The notes: generated from the letters alone by a model not told the origin. Counted from the first letter of the stretch, positions 31,768-43,113 are shown. The stretch: 64,000 nucleotides of DNA from an uncultured Planctomycetota bacterium (GCA_963845755.1 CAWJTV010000013.1:287973-351972); one strand, 5' to 3'. Numbers and translations are program-made.

Positions 31768-32514
31768 ATGATCATCTGGAAATTTGGCGGGGCGTGCTTC
31801 TCAGATAATGAACGCCTGATCAGAATCGCTCGCAAGATCGCCGACTGGCCTCGACGCCGCGACCTCGTCGTGGTCGTCTCGGCCAAGCAGGGTGTCACCG
31901 ATCAGTTGATTGCCGAGATGTGCGAGTTGAATCCCAATCCCCCGCTCGATGCGCTCGACACCATCCTGGCGACGGGAGAGATGCAGGTCGCGTCTCTGCT
32001 CGCCGCCTCGGTCGCGCGCTTCGGGAGGAGCGCGACCGTGATACCCCCGTGGAACGTGTTTCGCACGGACGATGTCCCGAATAATGCCACGATCGAGTAC
32101 GTCGATGCCGTACCGATCGTCGATCAACTCGAGCGGTACACGATACCGATCGTACCGGGATTCGTGGGCGCGACGCAAACAGGGATACTTAGGACGTTAG
32201 GCCGCGGCGGATCGGACTACTCGGCGGTGGCACTCGGCGTGCGACTTTGCGCGAGCGAAGTGTGCCTGTTCAAAGCCGATGTTGATGGCATCTATTCGGC
32301 CAATCCGCACATGGATGGCGATGCGCGTCGCATCGATAGGCTGAGTCACCTCGAGGCCCTCTGCCTTGCCCGAGAAGGGGCCCGGGTTTTGAATTCCAAG
32401 GCCGCGGCGCTCGCGAGTGAGAGCGGCCTCACGCTGTGGGTACGCCACGCTTTTGAGAAAGGAGGAGGTACCCAAATCACTTCGATGCCGCATGTGTTGT
32501 CGGACTGTGGCTAG
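31768..32514 (+). CDS. Aspartate kinase catalytic domain only (no ACT domains)
   Basis: WKFGG, VVVVSA, LATGE, IVPGFVG, TLGRGGSDYSA, DVDGIYSANP, GARVL; ends after 248 aa. Confidence 0.8.
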   Translation: MIIWKFGGACFSDNERLIRIARKIADWPRRRDLVVVVSAKQGVTDQLIAEMCELNPNPPLDALDTILATGEMQVASLLAASVARFGRSATVIPPWNVFRTDDVPNNATIEYVDAVPIVDQLERYTIPIVPGFVGATQTGILRTLGRGGSDYSAVALGVRLCASEVCLFKADVDGIYSANPHMDGDARRIDRLSHLEALCLAREGARVLNSKAAALASESGLTLWVRHAFEKGGGTQITSMPHVLSDCG

Positions 32515-32537
32515 GCATTGCTCGCTGCTTAGCGAAA

Positions 32538-32743
32538 TCTCAGGGACCCGTTGACTCCCGATGGCGACCAGGCGAGCGAATTGGAACAATCCATCACGCA
32601 GTTCTGCTGTGAGTCGCTGGCGCCGCGATAAGGTGCCGGCGGCGATCACCTTTGTTCCCCCGTTGCCCACCTCGGAGACAGGAAAGCTGGTACGCCGTCA
32701 TGGGTAATGTCATCGTGACCGGCGGAAGCCGAGGCATCGGACT
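32538..32743 (+). repeat. About 205-bp diverged direct repeat, copy 2 (dead ligase tail plus start of the intact SDR)
   Basis: Matches 31187-31391; carries a 1-bp insertion in the ligase portion. Confidence 0.92.
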
Positions 32744-33438
32744 GGGCATCGTTCGCCGCTTAGCGAAGACCGGCTACCGTGTGATGGCCCTCGCGCGAAA
32801 AGAGAGCCCCGAGTTGCGCGAGGCCATCGATGAGGCAGCAGGTCGCGGCATCGGCTCGATTGGCTTCACTCCATACGATCTGGCCGAGACCGACGGCATG
32901 GCCGCACTCGTCAAGCAACTCCGTAAAGACCTGGGGCCCGTCTACGCCCTGGTGAACAACGCGGGCATGAGCATCGACGGCACGCTGGCGCTCACCAGCA
33001 CTACGCAGATCGAGCAGGTGGTGCGGCTCAACGTGGTTTCGCCGATCCTGTTGAGCAAATATGTCTTACGTACGATGATGGCCGACGGCACGGGCGGTCG
33101 CATCGTCAATCTGGCATCGATCATCGCCTTCACGGGATATAGCGGGCTCTCCGTTTACGGCGCCGACCAAAGCGTCGATGATCGGCTTTACCCGCTCGCT
33201 GGCCCGTGAAGTCGGCCGAACCGGCGTGACCGTGAACGCGGTGGCGCCGGGCTTTGTCGATACCGAGATGACCAAGGGACTGACCGAGGAGCATCGCGAG
33301 CAGATCGCGCGGCGACGCGCATTGCGCCGGCTGGTAGAGGTGGATGACGTTGCCGCCGCTGTCGAGTATCTGCTCAGCGACGGTGCCAGGAACATCACCG
33401 GCACGGTCATCACTGTCGACGCGGGGAATACGGCATGA
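32700..33438 (+). CDS. SDR oxidoreductase, 3-oxoacyl-ACP reductase-like (frameshift near 33165)
   Basis: TGGSRGIG, VNNAG, YxxxK region across the frameshift, VNAVAPGFVDTEM, ITGTVITVDAG. Confidence 0.85.
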
Positions 33439-35237
33439 GCGTAGCACTCGGCGAAACCGTTCAAATAGCTGCTAGGCCAGGCGCGTCCGTATCCCGGGCT
33501 TGGCTGCGGGCGCTCGAGTTGACGGCGCCCATACCCCGCCAGCGCGAGCGCGTGCTGCCCGCAGTCGTCGACGAGTTGGGCCACCGGCTGGGCGACAAGC
33601 CCGCGCTGCTCTCCGACCGCGAGTGCTTCACCTACCTCGAACTCGCCGGTGCGCGCGGCGGTACGCCCGCTGGCGCTCGCACAGGGCGTGGCCAAGGGCG
33701 ATGTGGTCGGCCTGTTGATGCCCAACCGCCCTGAGTATCTTGCTATCTGGCTGGGTGTCACCCGCGTTGGCGGAGTCGTCGCACTACTCAACACCAACCT
33801 CGTCGGGCAGTCCCTTGCGCACTGCATTCAAGCTGTTTCGGCTAAACACCTCATCGTCGCCGCGGAGCTCGCCAATGCGCTCGACACGGCCCTGCCGCAC
33901 CTCGCCGCGCCGCCGCAGGTGTGGATTCACGGCGGATGGCGCAGCATCGACGAGACGATCGAAAGCCTCGCGGCCGCGCCACTCGAGGCCGGGGAGTTGC
34001 GCGAGATCACTATCGACGACCGCGCGCTCTTTATCTTCACGTCGGGCAGCACGGGCATGCCCAAGGCCGTCAACGTGAGCCACGCGCGCGTGATGCAGTG
34101 GGGGCTGTGGTTCGCGGGCATGATGGACGCCCAGCAGGGCGATCGGTTGTACAACTGCCTGCCCATGTATCACAGCGTCGGTGGAGTACTGGCTCCGGGC
34201 GCGATGTTGGCTGCCGGCGGCTCGCTGGTTGTGCGCGAGAGGTTCTCGGCGAGCCAGTTCTGGAGCGACGTCATCCGCTGGGAGTGCACCGCGTTCCAGT
34301 ACATCGGCGAGCTTTGCCGCTACCTGCTGCACCGCCCCATGCGGAGAACGAGACCGCGCACCGCCTTCGGCTCGCTTGTGGCAACGGCCTCGCGGCCAAC
34401 GTGTGGGAGGCGTTCCAGCGGCGCTTCCGCATCCCGCAGATCCTCGAGTTTTACGCTGCCACGGAGGGAGGCATCTCGCTGTTTAACGTGCAGGGCAAGC
34501 CCGGGGCCATCGGCCACATTCCCCCGTATCTGGCGCACCGCTTCGCGCCTGCGCTGGTCGCATTCGACTTCGACAAAGGCGAGCCGACCCGCAACGAGAA
34601 CGGTTTCTGTATTCGCTGCGGCGTCAACGAGCCCGGCGAGGCGATCGGCAAGGTGCAGAACGATCCGGCGAGCACCGGCAGCCGGTTCGAGGGATACACC
34701 AGTGCGGCCGAGACCGAGAAGAGAATCCTTCGCAATGTCTTCGCAGCGGGCGACGCCTGGGTACGGACCGGCGACCTGATACGCCAGGACGTGAAGGGCT
34801 TCTTCTACTTCGTCGACCGCATCGGCGACACTTTTCGCTGGAAGGGCGAGAACGTGGCGACCTCCGAGGTTGCGCAACAGCTCTGCGCTTTCGAGGGCAT
34901 CCTGCATGCGAGCGTCTACGGAGTCGCGATTCCGGGAACCGAAGGCCGCGCCGGGATGGCGGCCATCGTCTGCGAAGGCGCGCTCGACCTCGCCGCGCTG
35001 CACCGGCATCTCGCCGAGCGGCTGCCCGCCTACGCGTGTCCGCTCTTTCTACGGCTCTGTCCGCAGGCCGAGTTAACCGGCACCTTCAAATATACGAAGA
35101 CCGATCTCGTCCGGCAGGGATTCGACCCGAGCCAATGCGCCGACCCACTGTACTTCAATCATCCCGAGCTGTGCGCCTACGCCGTACTCGACGCGCCGCT
35201 GTACGACAGCATCCTCGCAGGAGCCATCCGTTTATGA
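33435..35237 (+). CDS. FATP-type long-chain acyl-CoA synthetase (frameshifts near 33655 and 34340)
   Basis: IFTSGSTGMPK, LPMYHSVG, FSASQFWSD, QYIGELCRYL, YAATEG, RTGDL, DRIGDTFRWKGENVAT, EGRAGMA, TGTFK. Confidence 0.85.
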
Positions 35238-35450
35238 TCTGGAACAGCGACACCACCCAGACATGCCTACGACTCTGCGCCCGCAAGTCCACGCCACGCC
35301 GATGTGCTCGGCTCGGGCGCAGTTATATAGAACCGAGGTTTCCCGTTGTTTGCCCCGCCCGGGTAGCGGTTCGCACGCTTCCCCACGGAGCACGACCTGA
35401 GCTGATCGCCACACAGCCTTAACGCAACGTACCGCAGAAGGTGAGAGCCG

Positions 35451-36849
35451 ATGCAGGTCGATCAGCTACAGCACGAATTCGAGCGGGTGCAGGCCGATCT
35501 CGCGGGTGGCCCCATCCTTCCCGCGGTCACGGTGGACGAGATTCGCCGTTATCTAGCCAGCCAGTATCACTTCCAGAAAGAGCTTCCTCTCGATGAAGTT
35601 GTCCAAGACGCCGAGAAGATGCTTCGTAACTGGCAGGTTCAGGTAACTCATCCGCGCTATCTCGGGCTTTTCAACCCATCCGTGACGCTGCCTTCGGTGA
35701 TCGCCGAGACTTTGGTGGCTATGTATAACCCCCAGCTAGCCAACTGGCGCACCTCGCCCGCCGGCAACGAGATCGAGCGGCATACGCTGGGCTGGCTGGC
35801 GGCTAAGTTCGGCCTGCCCGGAGATACCATCGCGACCTTTACCAGCGGAGGCACGGAAGCCAACCTCTCCGCCGTGGCGGTGGCGCTGAGTCATGCGTTT
35901 CCGGAATACGGCGAGCACGGTCTACGCACCTTGTCGGCGCCTCCGTCTCTCTATCTCACGGGTGAGGCGCATCATGGATACAACAAGATCGCGCACATGA
36001 CCGGGATCGGGCGCCGTGCGCTTCGCCTAGTCAAGACCGACCGCTGTCTGAAGCTCGACTTGGATAGCCTGCGCCGCCAGGTGCGCCGGGACCGCGAAGA
36101 CGGCTGGGCGCCCTTTCTGGTCGTCGGCACTGCGGGCACCACCGCGGCTGGGGTCATCGATCCGCTGCCCGATATCGCCCGGTTCTGCCGCGAAGAGGGT
36201 TTATGGTTCCACGCCGATGCCGCGTGGGGCGGCGCGGCGATCCTCTCGCCCGCGCTCAAGGAGAATCTCGCTGGCATCGAGCAAGCCGACTCGATCACCT
36301 GCGACGCGCACAAGTGGCTTTCCGTGCCCATGGCCTGCGGCATGTTCTTCTGCCGTCACCGGGAGAGCGTGGCGCTGCGCGTTTCACGCCGATGTGACCT
36401 ACGTGTCCGGCAAGCAATCCGGGCCGGTCTTCGATCCGCTCACCAACTCGACCCAGTGGTCGCGGCGGTTCATCGGACTCAAGCTGTTCCTGGCCTTGGC
36501 CAACCTGGGCGAATCCGGATATGCGGCGATGATCGAGCACCAGGCGCGCCTGGGCCATGTCCTGCGCCGGGCGCTGACGGCCTCTGGCTGGCAGGTCGTC
36601 AACGAGACGCCGCTGCCACTGGTCTGCTTCACGCGTGAGCATCTCGACCCGGCCGCCTTCCTCGCCGCGCTGCACCGGCGGCAGATCGCCTGGATGTCCG
36701 AGGCCCACATCGACGGAGCTCCGGTGCTGCGCGCCTGCATCACCAACTTCCGCACTACGGAAGCCAGTATCCATCAGATCGTGGAAGCGATGAATCAACT
36801 GTTTCAGCAAGGGGTGGGCACGCTCAAGCCGGAGCCGCAGTTGCGATGA
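35451..36849 (+). CDS. Group II PLP-dependent amino-acid decarboxylase (frameshift near 36378)
   Basis: HPRYLG, TSGGTEANL, GTAGTT, WFHADAAWGG, ADSITCDAHKWL; C-terminal LRACITNFRT. Confidence 0.85.
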
Positions 36850-36913
36850 GGACAATCGCGCCCGCAGACTGGACAACGTCCGCGCAGAGGCACTCGCCAA
36901 CGGTGGAGTCTCG

Positions 36914-38188
36914 ATGAAACGCGAAACACTTGCCATTCACGGTGGTTACGAGCCCGACGCCGCTACGCGGTCGGTTGCGGTACCCATCTACCAGACCGTG
37001 GCCTACGCTTTCGACAGCGCCGAACACGCCGCGGCGCTCTTCAACCTGGAAGTCGAGGGCTACCGTTACACGCGCATAAGCAATCCCACGACTGCCGTGC
37101 TGGAGCGGCGCATGGCCGCGCTCGAAGGCGGACGGGAGGCGATGTGCGTGGCCACCGGCCAAGCCGCGGTGAACTACGCGGTGCTCAACCTCGCCGGCAT
37201 GGGCAGCAACATCGTCTCGCCGCCGCAGCTCTACGGCACGACGCACACGCTGTTCGCGCATATTCTGCCGGAGCAGGGCGTGTCGGTGCGTTTTGCCGAG
37301 TCCGAGCGTCCTGAGGCTATCGAGCGCCTCATCGACGCCGAGACGCGCGCCATCTACTGCGAGAGCGTAGGCAATCCGGCCGGCAACATCTGCGATATCG
37401 AGGCGCTGGCGCAGGTGGCGCACCGGCACGGCATCCCACTCGTGGTGGATAACACCGTGGCCACGCCTATGCTGATGCGCCCGATCGAGTACGGCGCCGA
37501 TATCGTGGTGCACTCGCTCACCAAGTATATGGGCGGGCACGGCACAACGCTCGGCGGCGTCATCGTCGATAGTGGCAACTTTCCGTGGGCGCAGCACGCC
37601 GCGCGCTTTCCCATGTTCTGCGAACCCGATCACTCCTACCACGGCCTGGTCTACACCGAGCGATACGGTCCGGCGGCCTACATCGCCCGCTGCCGCAGCC
37701 GGTATCTGCGGACCACCGGAGCCGTGCTCGCGCCGCTCAGCGCCTTCTTGCTGCTGCAGGGAGTCGAGACCGCGGCGCTGCGCGTCGAGCGCCACGTGGA
37801 GAACGGCCGCAAGGTGGCCAAGTTTCTGCGCAGCGACCCACGCGTGACCTGGGTCAAGTACGCCGGTTTTCCCGACAGTCCGTACTACGCGCTGGCCCAG
37901 AAGTACCTCAATGGGCAGGGCTGCTCGCTGATGACGCTGGGCGTCAAGGGCGGCTACGAAGCCGCCATCCGCTTCTACGATACGTTGAAACTCATCACCC
38001 GCCTGGTGAACCTGGGCGACGCCAAGTCGCTGGCCTGTCACCCGGCTTCGACCACCCACCGGCAGATGTCGCCCGAGGAACAGCGCAACGCCGGCGTTCT
38101 GCCGGAGATGATCCGCCTGAGCATCGGGATCGAACATATCGACGACATCCTGGCCGACCTCGATCAGGCCCTGAACGCGGCAATGTAA
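36914..38188 (+). CDS. metY: O-acylhomoserine sulfhydrylase / aminocarboxypropyltransferase
   Basis: VAVPIYQT, YTRISNPT, VVDNT, HSLTKYMGGHG, LLLQGVET, NLGDAKSL, HPASTTH, IRLSIGIE. Confidence 0.88.
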   Translation: MKRETLAIHGGYEPDAATRSVAVPIYQTVAYAFDSAEHAAALFNLEVEGYRYTRISNPTTAVLERRMAALEGGREAMCVATGQAAVNYAVLNLAGMGSNIVSPPQLYGTTHTLFAHILPEQGVSVRFAESERPEAIERLIDAETRAIYCESVGNPAGNICDIEALAQVAHRHGIPLVVDNTVATPMLMRPIEYGADIVVHSLTKYMGGHGTTLGGVIVDSGNFPWAQHAARFPMFCEPDHSYHGLVYTERYGPAAYIARCRSRYLRTTGAVLAPLSAFLLLQGVETAALRVERHVENGRKVAKFLRSDPRVTWVKYAGFPDSPYYALAQKYLNGQGCSLMTLGVKGGYEAAIRFYDTLKLITRLVNLGDAKSLACHPASTTHRQMSPEEQRNAGVLPEMIRLSIGIEHIDDILADLDQALNAAM

Positions 38189-38230
38189 GCGAGAACGCCG
38201 CTCGCCGCGGCGCGCAACAAAGAGGTTGCC

Positions 38231-39276
38231 ATGCCAGTCTTTTTGAACCCGAAGTATCACGATCCCGAGCGCTGGTCAGGCCTCAACTGGCCGCGTGTGC
38301 AGCCGGGCGCAAAAAAAACCCACGCAGAACTTTTCTGCACATCGGCTTGGTCAACAACATGGCCGATGCAGCCATGTGCGCAACCGAGCATCAGTTTCTC
38401 AGGCTGCTTGAGGCGGCTGCGGGGGATATGCTGGTCCACTTCACGCTCTATGCTTTGCCCGAGGTGGAGCGGAAGCCCGATGGCCGGCGCCGCGTGGGCA
38501 GCTTTTATTTTGACATTGAGCAGCTTTGGGAGCAACCGCCGGAGCAATGTCCGGACGGGTTGATTGTCACCGGACGCGAGCCGCTCACCCCCGATTTGCG
38601 CGAGGAGGCCTACTGGCCCAGCTTTAAACGCGTTCTAGAGTGGACGCAGGAGCACGCGCGTTCGGCAGTATGGTCGTGCCTGGCGGCTCATGCGGCGGTG
38701 CTGGCGCTCGACGGCATTGACCGCGTGCGCAGTCAGCACAAGTACTTTGGGATCTTCACCTGCGAGCAGGCCGCGCCGCACGCACTGCTCGCCGGCGCGC
38801 CCGCAAGCCTGCGCTTTCCTCACTCGCGCTGGAACGGCGTCTCCCCGGGCCAATTAGCCGCGAACGGATACGAGGTGCTCACGCGCACCAGTGACGGTGG
38901 CGTCGACACCTTCGTCAAGCAGGATGCAGGGCTGTTCGTGTTCTTCCAGGGCCATCCGGAGTACGAGTCCGAGACGCTTATGGGCGAGTACCGGCGGGAC
39001 GTCGGGCGGTATCTCAGGGGCGAGATGGAAACCTACCCGTTGCTGCCGCTGCACTACTTCGAAGAAGAGACCGAGCGCTCTCTGTGGGAGATCGAAGCCA
39101 AGGCACGGGCATCGCGCCAGGAGACGCTCCTCGGAGAGCTCTCTGCCGTGCTCAACAGCGTCCGGATCCGCAACACCTGGCGCAGCACAGCCGTCCTCAT
39201 CTACCGCAAATGGCTCGAGCACCTGTGTACGCAGAAGCGCCACGGCGGCAAACTTATGGTCGGCGTGGGAGCTTAG
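38231..39276 (+). CDS. metA: Homoserine O-acyl(succinyl/acetyl)transferase, MetA family (frameshift at or near the A8 run about 38311-38318)
   Basis: IGLVNNM, DGLIVTG, WSCLAAHAA, PHSRWN, FQGHPEY. Confidence 0.8.
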
Positions 39277-39335
39277 AAGATGCCACTTGTAGGACTCGAA
39301 CCTACGTCAAATTCCCCTCTTGTAGGAACAATGGC

Positions 39336-40389
39336 ATGATATTCGGAACGAAAATCACCCCATTGCGACGCGATGATATTCCAGAATTGAGCCAGTTTCT
39401 TATCAGCGGTGCCCGCGATCCCACAACCTATTATCGTTACTCTCACGAGGTCCTCTTATGGAAGTATTTTGATGGGCCAAGCGGTCCTTCGGGAGACTCC
39501 GTCTGCAGCCTCATCGCGCGCTCGGCGGGCAGGATCATCGGACACGTTGGAATGTGTCCCCGCCAGTTCATCGTATCGGGAAACGGAGCGACGCCAATAT
39601 CGACAATGCACGCCATCGACTGGCGGGGCTCGCCTGCGCATCCCGGCTTGGGAGCCTTCTTGATGCTGCAAGCCCTTGCGACTAGCAAGACACAGTACGC
39701 CATCGGCGGAACCGAACAGGCGCAAGCCGTCTTTCCAAGGTTGGACTTCGAGCAGAAGCCCAAGGTCGCCACCTTTCGCAAGGTGCTCGCTACCATTCCA
39801 TCGCTTGCGTACGACGGGTCAGGGATTATTCCGCAAATGGGCAGGAACAACTAAGGACATGGTGTCGGTTTGGCGGGCGCGCACACCGCCGGTGCCGCAG
39901 ACCGTCGAACTCCGCGCGGCACCTACGTTCACCCAAGAAATTGATTGCTTACAACGACAGTCTTCACTACGCATCGTGACGTGCCAGCGTGATCACCTGC
40001 TGCTCAATTACTTTCTTCGGTGTCCACTGTCGGGCTTTTCTGGCTGGACGATTCACACATCTCAGCGAATGATCGGCTTCGCCGTCTTGAAGATCACTCC
40101 GTACGGACGAATCCAGCTTGGAAAAATAGTGGATTGTTGGCTTGATACCGAGGATCCGTCATGTTGGCAGGCCGCGGTCGCGGCGCTCATCGATCGCCTC
40201 CGCGCCCTTTCTGCGGACGATGTCACATGTTATGCTACCACCCCGAGCCTGCACGCGGCATTGCTCTGGAATGGCTTCGCCAAATCGGGGGAAAGAAACG
40301 TGTACATTCGCGACAAACAGCAATCGCTACCCCGAGACCTTCCTTTCGCACTCTCGATGTTGGATAGCGACCGTGCCATTCTCTACTGA
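39336..40389 (+). CDS. GNAT-like (probably tandem-domain) acyltransferase (frameshift at about 39791)
   Basis: LLWKYF, IIGHVG, AIDW...GLGAFL, R-x4-LNYFLRCP, IVDCW, LLWNGF; the duplicate at 51095 lacks the extra T and restores the frame. Confidence 0.55.
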
Positions 40390-40424
40390 ACCTGAAGTGC
40401 GCCCCTAAAACCAGACGAGTTGGC

Positions 40425-40686
40425 CTACTGAACAGACGTTGCAACCGATGGCTTTGATCGTGGCATGCCGATCCATTGTTGCTCGAACTCAGCCGGAGTC
40501 AAGTACTCCAGCGACGAGTGGATCCTCTTGCGGTTGTAGACGTCATCCAGGAACCTCCCCAGGCCCCTCATGGCGTCGCTGAAGTCCTCGTACTCCGAGA
40601 GATCGACCTCCTCTTCCTTGATGGTCCTCATAAGCCCCTCGGCGTAGCCATTCTCCTCGGGTTCGCCCACGCTCGCCATGCTGGCG
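40425..40686 (-). pseudogene. IS3 orfB (integrase core) C-terminal remnant
   Basis: ENGYAEGLMRTIKEE...YNRKRIHSSLEYLTPAEFE. Confidence 0.85.
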
Positions 40687-40723
40687 GTTTCGGTCAGGAT
40701 CGGGTTCTCCCGCACTTTTGATG

Positions 40724-43113
40724 GTGCGACACGATGTCGTCGATGTGGCTGTGCCGAGGCCTTCGGAGAAGACCGACGGCACCTGTTGTTCTGCCGACAG
40801 GATCCTACCGGGATAGTAAGCCCCGGAACAACGTAACCTCCTCTCTCGAGAGGGCAGCCGACGCGTGAGCTGACGCTGCGACCGCGAGCATCAAGGCGGT
40901 CGGGGGCCAGGATGAGGTGGATAGGTCAACTTCGGTGAAGCAGCGATAAACGTCGTGAGTGCGAACAAGCGAAAGATGCTGACACGCTTGGGCCAAAACG
41001 GCATGTGGTCAGGTTCGAGGGCTCATCGATCTCTCGACGCAGATGACGGACCACCGGCGGATAGCTGCGACCTTCCCCACCCCGGCATATCGGCGAAACG
41101 TGGTAAGCCCGTCGTCTCCCCGCAAGGGAAAGCGACTCGCAAGAGAAGCCGATGGGGCGGCGGGTAAAGGAGGAGGGAGAAAGCGAAAGCTGGTCCGTAA
41201 CCGACCAGATAAGGGTTGAGCCATCCGGCGAGATCACCCTACCCGAAAGGGGGCAGACTTCCCTCTGGTCTTCCGTCACGAGAGAACCTTGGCCAACCGA
41301 CAAAGGGAGACAAGCAGATATGTCAGCAGCAGAAATGCCCGCTGGTGCGGCTCCCGACCTTGCAACCGACTGGCATTCCATCAATTGGAAGGCGGTCTAC
41401 CGCAATGTTCGTCGGCTCCAGGCGCGTATCGTGAAGGCGGTTCGGGAGGGCAGGTGGAATAAAGTCAAAGCCCTGGTTTACCTGCTCACTCACTCATATA
41501 GTGGCCGGGCTCTGGCCATTCTACGAGTTATCAGCAATTCGGGTGCAAGAACTCCGGGCGTGGACGGAATCCTCTGGACCACGCCGGAGGCCAAGACGAG
41601 GGCCTTCAACGCCTTGCGTCGGCACGGCTATCAGCCGCAACCGCTCCGCAGGGTGTACATTCCCAAGAGCAACGGCCGCCGCCGCGCCCTCGGGATTCCC
41701 ACCATGGCCGATCGAGCTATGCAGGCCCTCCACCTGCTCGGTCTCGATCCCATCGCGGAATCTCAAGCCGACGGTCACTCCTATGGCTTTCGGTTGGAAC
41801 GATGCTGCGCCGATGCTCTGGATCAATGTCACAAGATCCTGAGGAATCCCACCGGTCCGAAATGGATTTTGGAAGGGGATATCAAAGCATGCTTTGATCA
41901 AATCAGCCATAACTGGCTGCTGGACCACATCCCCATGGACAAGGACATGCTCAGGAAATGGTTGAAGGCCGGTTTCCTGGAGAAGCAAGTTCTCTTCGCC
42001 ACCACGGAAGGCACACCTCAAGGAGGGATCATCTCTCCTGCGCTGGCGAATCGGACGTTAGATGGGCTCCAGCAGTTGTTGGAGCAACGCTTTGGCACCC
42101 GAGGCCATCGGCGTGACGAAGCCAAGGTCCATCTGGTCCGCTATGCGGATGACTTCATCATCACCAGCACCTCACGAATCCTCCTGCAACGCGAAGTCCA
42201 ACCTCTCGTGGAACACTTCCTACGTCAGCGGGGTCTCGAACTCTCCCACGAGAAAACCAGGATCACGCATTTGGAGAACGGCTTCGATTTCCTTGGCCAA
42301 ACGGTCCGACGTTACCGCAGTGGCAAGGTCTTGACCAAGCCATCAAAACGAAGCGTCAAGACCTTCTTGACCAAGATCCAGGAAACGATCGACAACTCGG
42401 GGAGCATGACGGCTGGAGACTTGATCCTGCGTTTGAACCAACAGATCAAAGGCTGGACCATGTACCATCGTTATGTCGCGAGTAAACGCACCTTCACGAC
42501 TGTGGACAACCGAATCTTCTGGAAGCTGAAACGATGGTGTCATCGACGCCATCCGCAGAAGAGTTGGAAGTGGATCAAGACGAAATACTTTCAACAAGTG
42601 GGTCACCGAGACTGGGTGTTCACGGGCACAATCCGTGACAGCACGGGCAAGGGCCGACCCATCCAGCTCATGAACGCCGTGGGAGCCAAAATCCTGCGGT
42701 GGGTGAAGATTCGGAGTGCCGCCAACCCCTACGATCCGGAGTGGGAACTCTACTTGGAAGAACGGCTGGCCTGGAAGCTCAGCCACACTCTGGCGGGTCG
42801 AGGACGGATCGAATATCTCTGGAAGGAACAGCAGGGACGTTGCGTGGTGTGCAGGCAAGCGCTTCACGCCGAAGAGCAACCCTGGCACATCCACCATCGG
42901 GTCTGGCGCAGTCACGGTGGCCAGGAGACGTGTGACAACCTGGAAGTGCTCCACGCCAACTGCCATCGACAAGTCCACGCCCAGAAGCAATCGCTGAAGA
43001 ACCCAGCCGCGTCCTGAGAGGGGCGTTAGTGAAGGCTTGAGCCGTATGAGGCGCAAGTCTCAAGTACGGTTCTTAGGGGGCGGGGAGACAGCAATGTCTC
43101 CCTGCTACCCGAC
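40724..43113 (+). ncRNA. Group II intron (probably IIB, chloroplast-like class)
   Basis: 5' GTGCG; domain V GAGCCGTATGAGGCGCAAGTCTCAAGTACGGTTC; domain VI ending CCCGAC; EBS1 CATCAA (40889-40894) in a GACCGC/GCGGTC hairpin, complementary to the exon end TTGATG. Confidence 0.92.
41320..43017 (+). CDS. ltrA: Group II intron reverse transcriptase/maturase with HNH endonuclease
   Basis: WHSINW..VRRLQARI, TPGVDG, RRVYIPK, GTPQGGIISP, RYADDF, maturase region, HHRVWRSHGG...NLEVLHANCH. Confidence 0.95.
   Translation: MSAAEMPAGAAPDLATDWHSINWKAVYRNVRRLQARIVKAVREGRWNKVKALVYLLTHSYSGRALAILRVISNSGARTPGVDGILWTTPEAKTRAFNALRRHGYQPQPLRRVYIPKSNGRRRALGIPTMADRAMQALHLLGLDPIAESQADGHSYGFRLERCCADALDQCHKILRNPTGPKWILEGDIKACFDQISHNWLLDHIPMDKDMLRKWLKAGFLEKQVLFATTEGTPQGGIISPALANRTLDGLQQLLEQRFGTRGHRRDEAKVHLVRYADDFIITSTSRILLQREVQPLVEHFLRQRGLELSHEKTRITHLENGFDFLGQTVRRYRSGKVLTKPSKRSVKTFLTKIQETIDNSGSMTAGDLILRLNQQIKGWTMYHRYVASKRTFTTVDNRIFWKLKRWCHRRHPQKSWKWIKTKYFQQVGHRDWVFTGTIRDSTGKGRPIQLMNAVGAKILRWVKIRSAANPYDPEWELYLEERLAWKLSHTLAGRGRIEYLWKEQQGRCVVCRQALHAEEQPWHIHHRVWRSHGGQETCDNLEVLHANCHRQVHAQKQSLKNPAAS

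Noticed and set aside
29002..38188. Cluster as a Bes-type terminal-alkyne amino-acid pathway (diiron enzyme plus Cys/Met-family PLP enzyme)
   Set aside because: No halogenase or ATP-grasp ligase in the cluster, and the PLP enzyme looks like a standard MetY next to MetA
37585..38310. Long N-terminal extension of the 563-aa ORF
   Set aside because: Alternative frame over metY; real metA begins near 38231 with a frameshift
41320..43017. RT as a retron, DGR or CRISPR-associated/defence RT
   Set aside because: Maturase and HNH domains plus intron domains V/VI and the GUGCG...AC ends identify a group II intron
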